From Muribaculaceae bacterium (GTDB taxonomy: Bacteria > Bacteroidota > Bacteroidia > Bacteroidales > Muribaculaceae), in contig JAFLTV010000004.1 in NCBI GenBank assembly GCA_022509105.1, positions 5,225 through 69,224 on the forward strand: DNA of 64,000 nt, given 5' to 3'. How positions within the stretch are numbered: position 1 is the stretch's first letter; every line of letters starts with the position of its first letter. The notes beneath the pieces were generated by a model that was given only the letters and a program-made list of their open reading frames with translations, ran no database searches and had not been told where the DNA came from. Below, piece by piece: positions 1 through 10,289 of this stretch. The translations under genes were made by a program, and so were the position numbers.

Positions 1-526
1 AGGTAGATTTAATGCCGACACAAATCCTGATGATTACCATGTAGTAATCCATTTCCCAAAAGGTAACGGAACTGTTGATTTTTGTGGAGATTTAAGTCAG
101 GCTACACAAGAATTGTATTATCAATCCTTGATAAAAGGGATGGCTCCATATACACCAAAACGATATGTATCTTCATCTTCTTCTTATAGTAGCTATGGTT
201 ATCAACCCAGCACAAGAGACGAAGAACAAACATATGCTTTGCGTTCTCTTTTCGGTGTTTCACGTCTAATGGTAAATGATGAATCAAGTCTTCAACTTAG
301 AGATGCAACTAAAGAAGGTTATCCTATAATATACGAAATTCCTAATTTCTCCGCTACTTTAGCAGCGTTGCTAAATGAGAGTGAATATGGTAATCAGGAG
401 TTCCTTGACAGGGAATATGACTTCGAAGTTGAAATAGGTCTGGATGAATCCGGACAAGTTAATTACTACGCGGTAAGTATCGGAGTTGTAGATTGGCAAG
501 TTAGGGTAAATCTTATTGGTTTCTAA
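1..526 (+). CDS. FimB/Mfa2-family fimbrial anchor subunit, 5' part outside the window (P0)
   Basis: The frame is open from base 2 (GRFNADTNPDDYHV...GNGTVDF...), upstream of the called ORF at 113. The C-terminus NQEFLDREYDFEVEIGLD...VSIGVVDWQVRVNLIGF matches the typical Mfa2/FimB ending (QE.LDR...LD...I.I..W.VR). Confidence 0.75.
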   Translation, partial: GRFNADTNPDDYHVVIHFPKGNGTVDFCGDLSQATQELYYQSLIKGMAPYTPKRYVSSSSSYSSYGYQPSTRDEEQTYALRSLFGVSRLMVNDESSLQLRDATKEGYPIIYEIPNFSATLAALLNESEYGNQEFLDREYDFEVEIGLDESGQVNYYAVSIGVVDWQVRVNLIGF

Positions 527-532
527 ATATAA

Positions 533-2362
533 ATGAATTTATTTCATAAAAATAGAACAGGATTTATAAAACTTAATTATTTATTGAGTTGCATAAGTTA
601 TGGGTTAACATTATTAATGTTACTTGTGCTCAACTCTTGTGTTTCTGAAGAAGATATAGAATATCCTATAGAAGCTGAAACAGATGTATCTTTTTATTTA
701 TCATTATCTTTAGATACTCCTACAATTGAACTAACACGGTCAACAACAAATTCTGATGGGAACTCAAGTAACGGTACAGAAGATGGTTTGCTGAAAGAGA
801 ATATAATATCTTATGCATCAATATATTTTTATGATGCAGATGATGAAAGTGAAAATAAGGGTAACCTCCTACTTTCCTTCACAGGTAGTCAGAACACCCC
901 CGTGGAAGGGAATTTGAACAGTTATGATATATATATCAAATTAACTTTGGACCAGATAAGGAAACTATTCTCAATAAATAAAGCTCATCTTTATGTTATT
1001 GCAAACGGTTCTGCCTCAAATTATGCGACTGAAACGGCCATCCAATCTGCTAAATTCAATATAACCACTCTTAATAGCAAAGATTCATACGCCAGACCTT
1101 TTACCATTGACAATGAAACGAGCAGATTGTGTCCAATGAGCAATAAGGAGTTATTCACAGTTGATTTAAGTGCTATCACAATTACTGACGATTTGTCAGA
1201 TGCAGATCTGGTGTCTGCTGCTTTGTCTCTGTTTAGATTTAGTTATAAAGATGAGGATGGAAATAAAGCTAACTTATGGCGTATAAGTAATCATGACGGA
1301 ATTCTCAATTTGGAGCGTTCGATAGCCAGAGTGGATTATAAGTATGAATCTAATCGAGTGTTTGATTTGACCGATACCGATTGGGTATGTAAAGGACCGA
1401 ACGGAGAGACCGTGAAGCTCGAATTGGTGGCCATGCAGCTTTTCAATGTAAGCAAGGAGGCCTGGATGTTCCGCCATACCTCACAGGGAAACGATAAGAA
1501 GGGTTATTCGGGTGAATCCTTGGCAGCAGGTTTTGCAGGCAATCCTTTCAACAATAAAAACAATAATGCCGATTACGGCAAGGATATAACCGGAGACGGA
1601 GAGGAAACCGGAGCTAAAAATTACAATTATCGTTGGGTTGTGGATACTGACTGGTCTAAAAAAACCAAGGAAAATATGAAGTCGCCCCATTTGATGACTA
1701 CAGAAGCTGTAAGTTTCCTCAATCAGTCAACAGTGACCGAGGGCACAGACCGGATGACCGGCGAAACCGTCTACAACTGGAGCATAGATGTTGCTTCGGA
1801 AACAGGCACAAACGGATATACAACCTACGCAGACCTCAAAACAGGTAATAGCAGTTACGCTTCAGCCAACCGGGGTTATATTCCTTGGCATTACGTGATG
1901 GAAAACACTTTGCCGACAACCTCAGTGATGGAGCTGCCTTACGCCACCGGTGTGGCTTTCTATCTGAAAGTCATACTTATTGATGAAGACAACAACGAGG
2001 TGACTTATCCTTATAGTGCGAGCGAACCGCTTCGTATTACACGCAACGACGGTTTTTATCAGGAGGCGCAGTATGACGCTGATAAAGGTGGATGGTATCT
2101 CACTTATAAATATCTGATCGAGCATAATAACGACAACACAGGAAAGGTTGACGGTAACAAGGGGGGCAAGACCGACAAAGCCCCGATGCAGAACAAAGCC
2201 CCGATGCAGATAGGAATAGTAAGAAACAACATTTATCAGCTTGACATTACAAGCATCAGCAACCTGCCCGACCCGCATCAGCCTGACAACATCGACATGA
2301 CTGTGGATTGCTTCGTGTTGCCTTGGGATGTGCGCTGGGATGATAATGTCACTCTTTATTGA
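533..2362 (+). CDS. Mfa1-family type V pilin lipoprotein (P1)
   Basis: Lipobox LNSC followed by acidic VSEED; propeptide site ELTR/S; LERSIARVD motif; C-terminal GIVRNNIYQLDI, Pro-rich linker and VLPWDVRW donor strand. Confidence 0.85.
   Translation: MNLFHKNRTGFIKLNYLLSCISYGLTLLMLLVLNSCVSEEDIEYPIEAETDVSFYLSLSLDTPTIELTRSTTNSDGNSSNGTEDGLLKENIISYASIYFYDADDESENKGNLLLSFTGSQNTPVEGNLNSYDIYIKLTLDQIRKLFSINKAHLYVIANGSASNYATETAIQSAKFNITTLNSKDSYARPFTIDNETSRLCPMSNKELFTVDLSAITITDDLSDADLVSAALSLFRFSYKDEDGNKANLWRISNHDGILNLERSIARVDYKYESNRVFDLTDTDWVCKGPNGETVKLELVAMQLFNVSKEAWMFRHTSQGNDKKGYSGESLAAGFAGNPFNNKNNNADYGKDITGDGEETGAKNYNYRWVVDTDWSKKTKENMKSPHLMTTEAVSFLNQSTVTEGTDRMTGETVYNWSIDVASETGTNGYTTYADLKTGNSSYASANRGYIPWHYVMENTLPTTSVMELPYATGVAFYLKVILIDEDNNEVTYPYSASEPLRITRNDGFYQEAQYDADKGGWYLTYKYLIEHNNDNTGKVDGNKGGKTDKAPMQNKAPMQIGIVRNNIYQLDITSISNLPDPHQPDNIDMTVDCFVLPWDVRWDDNVTLY
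2175..2210 (+). repeat. Perfect 18-bp in-frame tandem duplication (ACAAAGCCCCGATGCAGA x2)
   Basis: Read directly at 2175-2192 and 2193-2210; encodes DKAPMQ-NKAPMQ. Confidence 0.95.
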
Positions 2363-2378
2363 TTTGCAATAACAGGAA

Positions 2379-4286
2379 ATGAGCTTTATACAACAGACAT
2401 ACAGCAAACTGAGAGGGTCTCTGATAATGACAGTGGCCTGCATGGCGTGTATGGCTATGTTGATATGCTCTTCTTGCGTGAACGAAGATCTCGGGAACGA
2501 ACCGGCACGTCCTGACGGCCCCGATGGTAATGAACTCTTCATGTATGTGAATGTGGAACTGCCCACCGGCACCTCTACAAGAAGCGAGACGGAATCGGAG
2601 GGTGGATCTTCAGGCGACAGCGACAATGACTTCAAGACAGAAGATGGCTTTACCAACGAGAATACCCTCTCATCTGTAGAGTTGCATTTCTTCGAGATTA
2701 ACGGCAATTATCTTGAAACTATTACCGGATTTGTAGCCACCCCGAATGGAAATGGCAACGTAACTCTCAAAGCCAAAGTCAGTCCCTCAAAACTATTGAA
2801 TCTCTCTGGTAAGAAGACGAAACTCTTTATTGTTGCCAACAACGGCAGCCATACCTTTACAAATATCTCCGGTGTGCAGTCCGCTACATTCCAGGCTACG
2901 GATCTGGAAGCGGAACCGCTCGGAAAGTTTACATATTCAGATGACGGTGAAAACAAGTTGGGCAACGTGGTTCCTATCGGTAACAAGAGCGAGGTGATTG
3001 TAGACTTCTCAGACCTGGAGGGTAATACAGAGGGAGATATATTGAAAAACTTAGAGAAGGTTATCGGTTATGACGATAAAAATCGGTCGCTAAACCTTTC
3101 GGAGGTGAAGAAAAAAGATGATACAGAATCATCAGCACCCGGAAGAATCAATCTTGAAAGGGGAGTGGCCCGCGTAGATTTCAAACCGAATCACGTTTTG
3201 AAACCGAATTCCACTGATGATTATTATAAGGATAACCTCTATCCGGTAGGCAATATTCCGAATCTGTATGCGGAGATGGTTTCCCTGCAGGTGTTTAACG
3301 TGAGCAAAGAGTCATTCCTGTTCAGACATACATCAGCCGGAAACAAGACAACAGGATATCCGAGCAGTGAAAACTTAGATGGTTATACCGGAGGACTTTT
3401 CGGGACAGAAAGAGGCACCGCTTATGGCACGGTAGCTTCCACGACAACAAATCCCGACGGCACTACTACAACCGTTTATAACGAAGATTATTACTGGATA
3501 ACAGACACCGACTGGAAAACAAAGACCGAAAAAGCGACAACGGGTCCTGATGCGGCCTATTTCCTCAACCAACCGGCATTGGTGAGCGGTATCAACGATT
3601 TGACTGGTTACTATACTTTTGCCTCCGGCGATACGAAAGGGATAATGGATCTCTCGGACAAAACGGTAGGAGAATGGTATCCGTGGTGTTATATCTCCGA
3701 GAACACTTTGCCCTCTACAGAGGCCATGACGAAAGGTCTCTGCACCGGTGTTGCGTTCAGAATGTTCCTATGCAAAGAGGATGGCACACCAATAAAATGG
3801 AATGATTTCATCACCCGCGAGGAGTATCTCACGGCTTCCAAAGAATTAGCCGATGAAGAGGCAAAAGATAAGGCGGAACAAAATCCGAAAAAGATTGAAG
3901 AGTATAATACTACTTTGGCAAAGGTAGTCGGTGAGTTGACACAGGTTGGCAATTCAGAATATTACAGACTTGTGATTGGCAGCGACGATTGTTATGCCAA
4001 AAAATTTACGGAAAAAGACGGTGAAGGAGGGTCTGTTGAAAAATATTATATCACCTACTGGTATTTCTTCAGACATAACCTTCCTACGCCTCATGTGGTA
4101 GGTACTGTAGAACCGATGCAGTTTGCCGTGGTGCGTAATAATATCTATAAAATCAGCGTTACATCGTTGAACGGATTGCCCGAACCGTTTAAACCGGGCG
4201 ACCCGGCAGAACCGCAGGAGGAATACATCTCCGTGGAACTCAATATCCTGTCTTGGGCAAGAGAAGACCGGGAATGGGAATTATAG
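2379..4286 (+). CDS. Mfa1-family type V pilin lipoprotein (P2), paralog of P1
   Basis: Lipobox CSSC followed by VNED; TSTR/S site; LERGVARVD; C-terminal FAVVRNNIYKISV, Pro-rich linker and ILSWAREDREWEL. Confidence 0.85.
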   Translation: MSFIQQTYSKLRGSLIMTVACMACMAMLICSSCVNEDLGNEPARPDGPDGNELFMYVNVELPTGTSTRSETESEGGSSGDSDNDFKTEDGFTNENTLSSVELHFFEINGNYLETITGFVATPNGNGNVTLKAKVSPSKLLNLSGKKTKLFIVANNGSHTFTNISGVQSATFQATDLEAEPLGKFTYSDDGENKLGNVVPIGNKSEVIVDFSDLEGNTEGDILKNLEKVIGYDDKNRSLNLSEVKKKDDTESSAPGRINLERGVARVDFKPNHVLKPNSTDDYYKDNLYPVGNIPNLYAEMVSLQVFNVSKESFLFRHTSAGNKTTGYPSSENLDGYTGGLFGTERGTAYGTVASTTTNPDGTTTTVYNEDYYWITDTDWKTKTEKATTGPDAAYFLNQPALVSGINDLTGYYTFASGDTKGIMDLSDKTVGEWYPWCYISENTLPSTEAMTKGLCTGVAFRMFLCKEDGTPIKWNDFITREEYLTASKELADEEAKDKAEQNPKKIEEYNTTLAKVVGELTQVGNSEYYRLVIGSDDCYAKKFTEKDGEGGSVEKYYITYWYFFRHNLPTPHVVGTVEPMQFAVVRNNIYKISVTSLNGLPEPFKPGDPAEPQEEYISVELNILSWAREDREWEL

Positions 4287-4302
4287 AAGGTAAAAAATAT
4301 TC

Positions 4303-5610
4303 ATGAATCTGATTCAAGAGAAAAATAAAAAGATGATGATAAAGTGCATAAGGAAGGCAACATTCGCATTACTTCTTATGCTTCCTTTTTCGTCATGCAT
4401 AAGCGAAAACGAAACCGAACCGGCTCCGCAGATTCCGGAAGAGACGGAGAATGTGTTGAGGGTAATGATTCCTCGTTATCTCGATTTTGAATCCGAGACC
4501 AAAACAAAAGCCGATAATGATGTTGAAGTTCCGGCCTCAAAAGAGGAGGCAACCGTAGATAAACTCTGGTTTTTCGCTTATCCTGTTGCCGGTTCCGACA
4601 ACTCCGAAGCACAGACTTTTATCAAAGAGATATCTGACGAGAAGACCTCGCAGGTGGAAACGGATAATTCTGCCCCGAATACGGATTATACCGGGTATGA
4701 GGATTATGCAGCCTATGATGTGAAGGGTATCCGCAAAGGCACATATCATATCTATGTAGTTGCAAACTTGGAAAAATATATATCCCAGACTACTGAGTTA
4801 AAAGGTATTTCGGAGGAAAATTTGCAAAAATTGGTACTCTATTTCGGTACAGATACTTACTCAACGATTAATGCGAGTGAAATCCCTATGGCCTGTTATT
4901 ATACCGATATATGCAAGAAAACAGGCAGTGGCGATCCTACGAAGGTTACATCCGGAGAATTCACATTTAACGGGAATGCGAACGAAGTGCTTTATGCCGA
5001 CATGACCATGCTCTGTTCGAAGGTGAGATACACCATCCTTTTTGACATGGATACTTTTTCGGATACCTTCCCGGAAAACACTGTGGATTTCAATTCTGCC
5101 GTACCGATTACAAATATCTGTCCATCGACAAGTTTGGCTCCGTCAACAACATCACCGACAACAGATTTGTTGACATCTAACGGTGTATTGTCGCCGGTGT
5201 ATTATCCCGGAGATACAGAAAAATATCCCTCCGGGAACCATACGGATTGGTATTTGAACATTACACAAGAAAGAGAGGGAGAAGTCAAAGCTCCGGAAAA
5301 TCTGACAAAGATTACGTCCGGATCTTGGACAAACCTGGATAAACGGGCGTGGCAGGGTATTATCTATCTGCCTGAAAATCTGGCCATAGAACCGACCGGT
5401 GAAGCTGCCGACAACAGGACAACATTATCTTTCACTCCGACTGCAGAATCAAATGTACCCGATAATAAACAGGTGGCGTTGACTTTGAAGAGAGGGAATT
5501 TCTATGATGTGGTCGGCAAACTTCAGACACCCTTACGTATAGAGTTCTATATCAGTGTGAAAATCCAGATCCTTGCATGGGCTAAACGAAACATTTATGT
5601 TGGATGGTAA
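4303..5610 (+). CDS. Minor type V pilin lipoprotein, FimA/Mfa-like (P3)
   Basis: Lipobox FSSC followed by ISENE; TKTK/A site; YHIYVVAN, IPMA, CSKVRYT and YLPEN motifs; C-terminal LKRGNFYDV...ILAW. An alternative start is at 4333. Confidence 0.75.
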   Translation: MNLIQEKNKKMMIKCIRKATFALLLMLPFSSCISENETEPAPQIPEETENVLRVMIPRYLDFESETKTKADNDVEVPASKEEATVDKLWFFAYPVAGSDNSEAQTFIKEISDEKTSQVETDNSAPNTDYTGYEDYAAYDVKGIRKGTYHIYVVANLEKYISQTTELKGISEENLQKLVLYFGTDTYSTINASEIPMACYYTDICKKTGSGDPTKVTSGEFTFNGNANEVLYADMTMLCSKVRYTILFDMDTFSDTFPENTVDFNSAVPITNICPSTSLAPSTTSPTTDLLTSNGVLSPVYYPGDTEKYPSGNHTDWYLNITQEREGEVKAPENLTKITSGSWTNLDKRAWQGIIYLPENLAIEPTGEAADNRTTLSFTPTAESNVPDNKQVALTLKRGNFYDVVGKLQTPLRIEFYISVKIQILAWAKRNIYVGW

Positions 5611-7651
5611 AGTTAAGTGTAACAGTTTGAAATATAGGAATTTGGGGTCGATTATATTTGTAATCGGCTTGTTGTTTATAGCTTCCTGTACCGACGAACT
5701 GCAAAAAAATCCGGAATTGCCGGAGAACCCGGAAGATTATGCCTACGTGTCGTTGCTAATCCGCATGGACGATTCCGAGGCATCATCAAGATCACCCTTT
5801 GACTCACCGTCAGACATCACGAGGTCCGAAAACTTCCTCTTTAACGACGGTTTGGAACAAGAGAGGGCTATTGCAGACGATGAGAACGCGCATTGGGTAA
5901 TAGTCTACAACAACAATCAGGAAGTCTTGGCACGCTTACCGCTGATGAGCCTTCAGGAGCTTACAGGTCAATATTTATCTTCGGGGGGAACTGTCTACAA
6001 GGGAATCTGCAAAGTGCCCTACAATCAGACATTCTTCACAAACTTCAATAATGTGAGGGTAATCCTCAATGCGGGACAAGCATTGCAGGACAATCTCAAG
6101 AATGGTTCCGACATAACCACGATTGGAACAGATAAACTGTTTTATGAAAAAGATGGTGTTAAATATCATACCATGACCACAGCCATGGCCGTGATAAACA
6201 ACCGGCTCGCACCGACCTGCATCCTTGTCCCAGGGGAGGACGGACGACTGAAATGCTACAATTCAATAACAGAAGCCTGGGAAAAACCGTCAGTGAGCCT
6301 TTACGTGGAACGACTCCAGTCGAAATTCACCGTCCTATTCAAGAATGGAGGAGACCAATATTATTATGATCAAGACGTGGTATGGAATTATAATAATGGG
6401 GGATCACCCACTCAATCTGATAATAAGAGTATCATATTTAATGCCTCTGAAGATAATAAGCTGACGGTTGTTACAGCTTATGACGGGGGAGCAACAAGCA
6501 GTGATTATAAGTGGAAAGCTTCAATTGCAGGCTGGGGTGTAAATGCTGTAGAAAAAAACGAATATCTATTCAAATATCTTACTACTGCAAATTCCAACTG
6601 GAACTACTCTTCAGACGGAACTATTATTAGAAACTTATGGGCAGTGGATCAAAACTATAGTAAGGCATATAAATCCTCTTACCCGGACCAATTCAGAAAA
6701 GCCTACGACCGTATTTTTGATTCCTCAGGCTCATTCCAATCATTTGAAGAAAATGAAGAGACCCGAACTCTGGACTATTTCTCATTCGAAAAATTATCAG
6801 GAAGAAAAATGAGGGAATATCAGGGTGAGAACACATATTCCACTACTTCGACTTTCTCAGGAATTGCCGATCCGTTGGGTGATTTATCCCATCTCCGATG
6901 CGGTTCTCATCTTATAATCTGTGCTCAACTAATTATAGAAGGTATTGATAATGTCAATTTGGAAGAAATTGATAAAAACGGAATGATTAAAGGAGTGGAA
7001 GACAAATTCTTCACTAATAATCAATACTGGACAAAAAAAGCCTATATAGATTATTTCAGACAAGTGATGGGTAACAATATGAATGCAACAACCAATTGTA
7101 TATCCGATCTTACTGAAAATGAAAGTTTTATTCCTAAAGAAAAGTTTAACCCGATAGAAGGAGAAATTCCTATGTTTTATGTGAATAAAGAGGGTGTTTT
7201 TCAATCGGCCACTTCAGAAGATTTTGATATAAAGAAAGCAGAAATAATAGGAGGTGATGGCTGGTGTTATCCCTATCCTAATACCCCGCTTTATGTGAAG
7301 ACCGCTACATCATATAATATGATAACAGACGACCAATACAAGAGATTTGTATATGGTTATACTCTATATTTCGCTAAGCATTACAATGAGGGAAGGATGT
7401 ATTATGCATTGCCTGTAACGCATAATCTCGACCGAAAGGAAGAAAGTGACTTCGGTAAAAGGACAGGCGACCATGGAGTGGTGAGAAACAACTGGTATCA
7501 TTTCGAAATAAGAGGAGTTGCTAACCCGGGAACATCGGTAGACGACCCGGAACAACCTATCATACCGAACAATGATCCGGCATCAAAAGGTCTCGGATTT
7601 GAAGTAATAATAATTCCATGGCATGTGGTGCAGGAAGAAGTAGATATCTGA
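5597..7651 (+). CDS. Mfa1-family type V pilin lipoprotein (P4)
   Basis: Probable ATG at 5597 overlapping the P3 stop (ORF track starts at 5573); lipobox IASC followed by TDE; YVERLQSK; C-terminal GDHGVVRNNWYHF...PGTSVDDPEQPIIP...IIPWHVVQEEVDI. Confidence 0.85.
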   Translation: MLDGKVKCNSLKYRNLGSIIFVIGLLFIASCTDELQKNPELPENPEDYAYVSLLIRMDDSEASSRSPFDSPSDITRSENFLFNDGLEQERAIADDENAHWVIVYNNNQEVLARLPLMSLQELTGQYLSSGGTVYKGICKVPYNQTFFTNFNNVRVILNAGQALQDNLKNGSDITTIGTDKLFYEKDGVKYHTMTTAMAVINNRLAPTCILVPGEDGRLKCYNSITEAWEKPSVSLYVERLQSKFTVLFKNGGDQYYYDQDVVWNYNNGGSPTQSDNKSIIFNASEDNKLTVVTAYDGGATSSDYKWKASIAGWGVNAVEKNEYLFKYLTTANSNWNYSSDGTIIRNLWAVDQNYSKAYKSSYPDQFRKAYDRIFDSSGSFQSFEENEETRTLDYFSFEKLSGRKMREYQGENTYSTTSTFSGIADPLGDLSHLRCGSHLIICAQLIIEGIDNVNLEEIDKNGMIKGVEDKFFTNNQYWTKKAYIDYFRQVMGNNMNATTNCISDLTENESFIPKEKFNPIEGEIPMFYVNKEGVFQSATSEDFDIKKAEIIGGDGWCYPYPNTPLYVKTATSYNMITDDQYKRFVYGYTLYFAKHYNEGRMYYALPVTHNLDRKEESDFGKRTGDHGVVRNNWYHFEIRGVANPGTSVDDPEQPIIPNNDPASKGLGFEVIIIPWHVVQEEVDI

Positions 7652-7741
7652 AGTTTGCTTCCAATGAAAATACCTTTATTGATAAACTTTCATGAGACAA
7701 ACATAGCTCGGGAAAAGGAGAAAGAGTAAGGAAACAGAAGA

Positions 7742-10279
7742 ATGTTTAAAAATAAATTGAAATATATAATATTTACGATTTTTTCAGTCTTGTTATCAAC
7801 AGGATTGAACTCTTGCGTTGATGATAAATTGACTATAGACGACATAACCGGAAAAGGCAGTTCGTCTGATGAGGGTGGTTTGATGTTCGCATTCGACCTT
7901 ACAAGAGGTGGATTCGATGTTTCTCCCGACGGTACTCATAATTCAAAGTTATCCGATTTTGATGAAGAAATTGTTGTGAATCCTGACAATTTCAATGTAG
8001 TATTTTTTCAAAAAGACGGTATCTTCCTTAAAGAATTTAAGAATCAGGAAATAACAGAGATTGAAGAAAGTGGGCGTAAAATATATTATGTGAAAATCCC
8101 GACTTCCGATCTTGAAAAAGATCAAAATTTGATTAACTATATCAGAAATAATAACTTTAAGATTGCCGTCTTTGCCAATTGGGCAAAATATCCGGATTTT
8201 GAAACATCATCAAAATTAGATCCAAATGGAATCAACCGTAATAATATTTTCTATATAACGCATTGCTGGGCGGATGAGTCATATACATCGACAAACGATC
8301 CCAATAACGAACAAGGAGATGATTCAGAAACTCTTTATTTCATTACGGGAAAAGGTTTCAAGATGGGGATGTATCAAGACTGGGTGGCAATCAGATATCA
8401 ATACGATAACGATGCAGAGAAAGCCATCAGAAATAATTATGATGTGAAAAATGCAGTCTTCCATAGCGACTCAAAACCATTATTGACTAATGCCGTAGGT
8501 ATGAAAGTTACATTCTCCGATATGAAGGATTATGACTATCATAATGTGTGGCATATCTGGAATTTCGGAGGCGAAAACAATAAAAATAACAACAATTATT
8601 ATAATTCGGAAAATGCCAGAATCAGAGATGATTGGGCTAAAATCAATAACGACTGCTATGACATGGCTTTTTCTTCTTCATGGCAAAATGGTTCTCAATA
8701 TATAAGTGGAGAACCTACGGTGAGAAATCTTTCTATAAATAGCAATGGGAAAATCAAAGCCATTCAAGATGGGGGAAACGGCTACGGAATAACTCTTCCC
8801 TCTCAAAATACTGGAAGTACAGAAATAGATAAAACGAAACCTTATTTATCATATAAAGTTTCGGCAGACGGTTATATTTATGTGAAATGCAAGGGAAATT
8901 CAAGGAATGCTAAATTAGTGGCGCGCAGAGGTACTGACACCGATACTCAGGCATTACTTTATTATAGTCCCGGAACAAATCTCAATACGGTCCAGTTCGA
9001 TTACACAAAAGTAAAACAAAATACTAATGATGAAGTCGTGCAGGAAATAGTTAGAGTGACGGGTCAGCCACAGAATCTGGAATTGTATGCTGTAGACGGA
9101 GATATAACTATTTATGAGATTGACTATGTGAAATCACATATGGTGCAGTTAGCCGACAAACAGATGATCAATCCGGCAAATACTCCGGAAGGTGGTATCT
9201 CGATGTATGGCATCCAAGATTTTGAGGCTGTAGAGACAAAATATTGGCCGGAAGGAACTACCTTTGACCTTTCGAGAAACCTGTCGACTAACACAGGCAG
9301 CGATGCAAGGAATTATAAATACAGAACCATATCATTGTTGCGTTCGGTGGCAAAAGTAGAGGTTTTGCTTCCTAAATCGATATTCCCGGAACCGACCCAC
9401 ATGTTTTTAAGAACCCTCAACCGCTTCTCACGTTCGGCACCTATGGATGTGTTTACTCCTACAGATATTCTATGGAACGGTTATGCGGCAGGAGGGTATA
9501 GTAGTAAAGGATATGATGAAAATGTAGAAGGGTATATATATAACTCATCAAGTAAAAAAAATCATAATTATAAAAGCGTGGTCGGAGTGGACCGGGAAAT
9601 AGAAAATATCAAAATTAAAGGTTTTACTTATAATAATTATAAATATCCAGATGATCAAAAAGATGTTGAGAAGATAGCATATCAGAATAAGATTGCATGG
9701 CTTTTCGGAATCTGGAATACTGAATTCGGTTGGAATTGGGCCGGACAAACATCCATAAGCTTTAATAACAATGATGGTCCATATCCTCGTATTTTCAATA
9801 CGCGAATCAATCGAACGGACTACGCCCATATGATCGATGGGGGAACAGTCAGTCTTACATCAGACGGTATCGACACATCTGGCGACGAATATTATTATTA
9901 TTATGCCTATGTGCCGGAAAAGAATGTGACTGACCCTAATAATAATGCCACTATGGCAGAATCGCCTAAAGTGATACGTATTGAAATGAGATTTCCGGGA
10001 AATACTGATGAAAATCTTGATGACAATGCTTCCTACCGTATCTATTTCACTCCTGAAGGTGGAGGAGGTTCTGTAGAAAACCGAGACGGTTATGATGATC
10101 TTTGGGAAAAAGGAGGAAGTGAGGGATCAGCTTCTTTGGAAAAACTTAAAAGTATTTATCCTGTAATGAGAAATCATCTCTATCGTTTCAAAGTGACCGG
10201 TCTGCAGATGAATAAATTGAATGTGGACTTCGAAGTAAAAGGCCCGGATCATAGTGATGTAATTTATAATTTTGATTGA
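7742..10279 (+). CDS. Large minor/tip type V pilin lipoprotein with an internal inserted domain (P5)
   Basis: Lipobox LNSC followed by VDD; DLTR/G; IAVFANW, ISMYG, LLRSVAKVEV, YAYVPEKN and YPVMRNHLYRFKV pilin motifs. Confidence 0.75.
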   Translation: MFKNKLKYIIFTIFSVLLSTGLNSCVDDKLTIDDITGKGSSSDEGGLMFAFDLTRGGFDVSPDGTHNSKLSDFDEEIVVNPDNFNVVFFQKDGIFLKEFKNQEITEIEESGRKIYYVKIPTSDLEKDQNLINYIRNNNFKIAVFANWAKYPDFETSSKLDPNGINRNNIFYITHCWADESYTSTNDPNNEQGDDSETLYFITGKGFKMGMYQDWVAIRYQYDNDAEKAIRNNYDVKNAVFHSDSKPLLTNAVGMKVTFSDMKDYDYHNVWHIWNFGGENNKNNNNYYNSENARIRDDWAKINNDCYDMAFSSSWQNGSQYISGEPTVRNLSINSNGKIKAIQDGGNGYGITLPSQNTGSTEIDKTKPYLSYKVSADGYIYVKCKGNSRNAKLVARRGTDTDTQALLYYSPGTNLNTVQFDYTKVKQNTNDEVVQEIVRVTGQPQNLELYAVDGDITIYEIDYVKSHMVQLADKQMINPANTPEGGISMYGIQDFEAVETKYWPEGTTFDLSRNLSTNTGSDARNYKYRTISLLRSVAKVEVLLPKSIFPEPTHMFLRTLNRFSRSAPMDVFTPTDILWNGYAAGGYSSKGYDENVEGYIYNSSSKKNHNYKSVVGVDREIENIKIKGFTYNNYKYPDDQKDVEKIAYQNKIAWLFGIWNTEFGWNWAGQTSISFNNNDGPYPRIFNTRINRTDYAHMIDGGTVSLTSDGIDTSGDEYYYYYAYVPEKNVTDPNNNATMAESPKVIRIEMRFPGNTDENLDDNASYRIYFTPEGGGGSVENRDGYDDLWEKGGSEGSASLEKLKSIYPVMRNHLYRFKVTGLQMNKLNVDFEVKGPDHSDVIYNFD

Positions 10280-10289
10280 ATTTTCATAA

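Noticed and set aside
1922-2707. 261-aa minus-strand ORF spanning the P1/P2 junction
   Set aside because: Antisense shadow of well-supported pilin genes, with no recognisable motifs.
9890-9904. (TAT)5 microsatellite in P5, and G6/A8 homopolymer runs in the pilins (e.g. 2161-2166)
   Set aside because: Too short, or in-frame, to support phase variation; expected by chance in Tyr/Lys-rich AT-rich genes.
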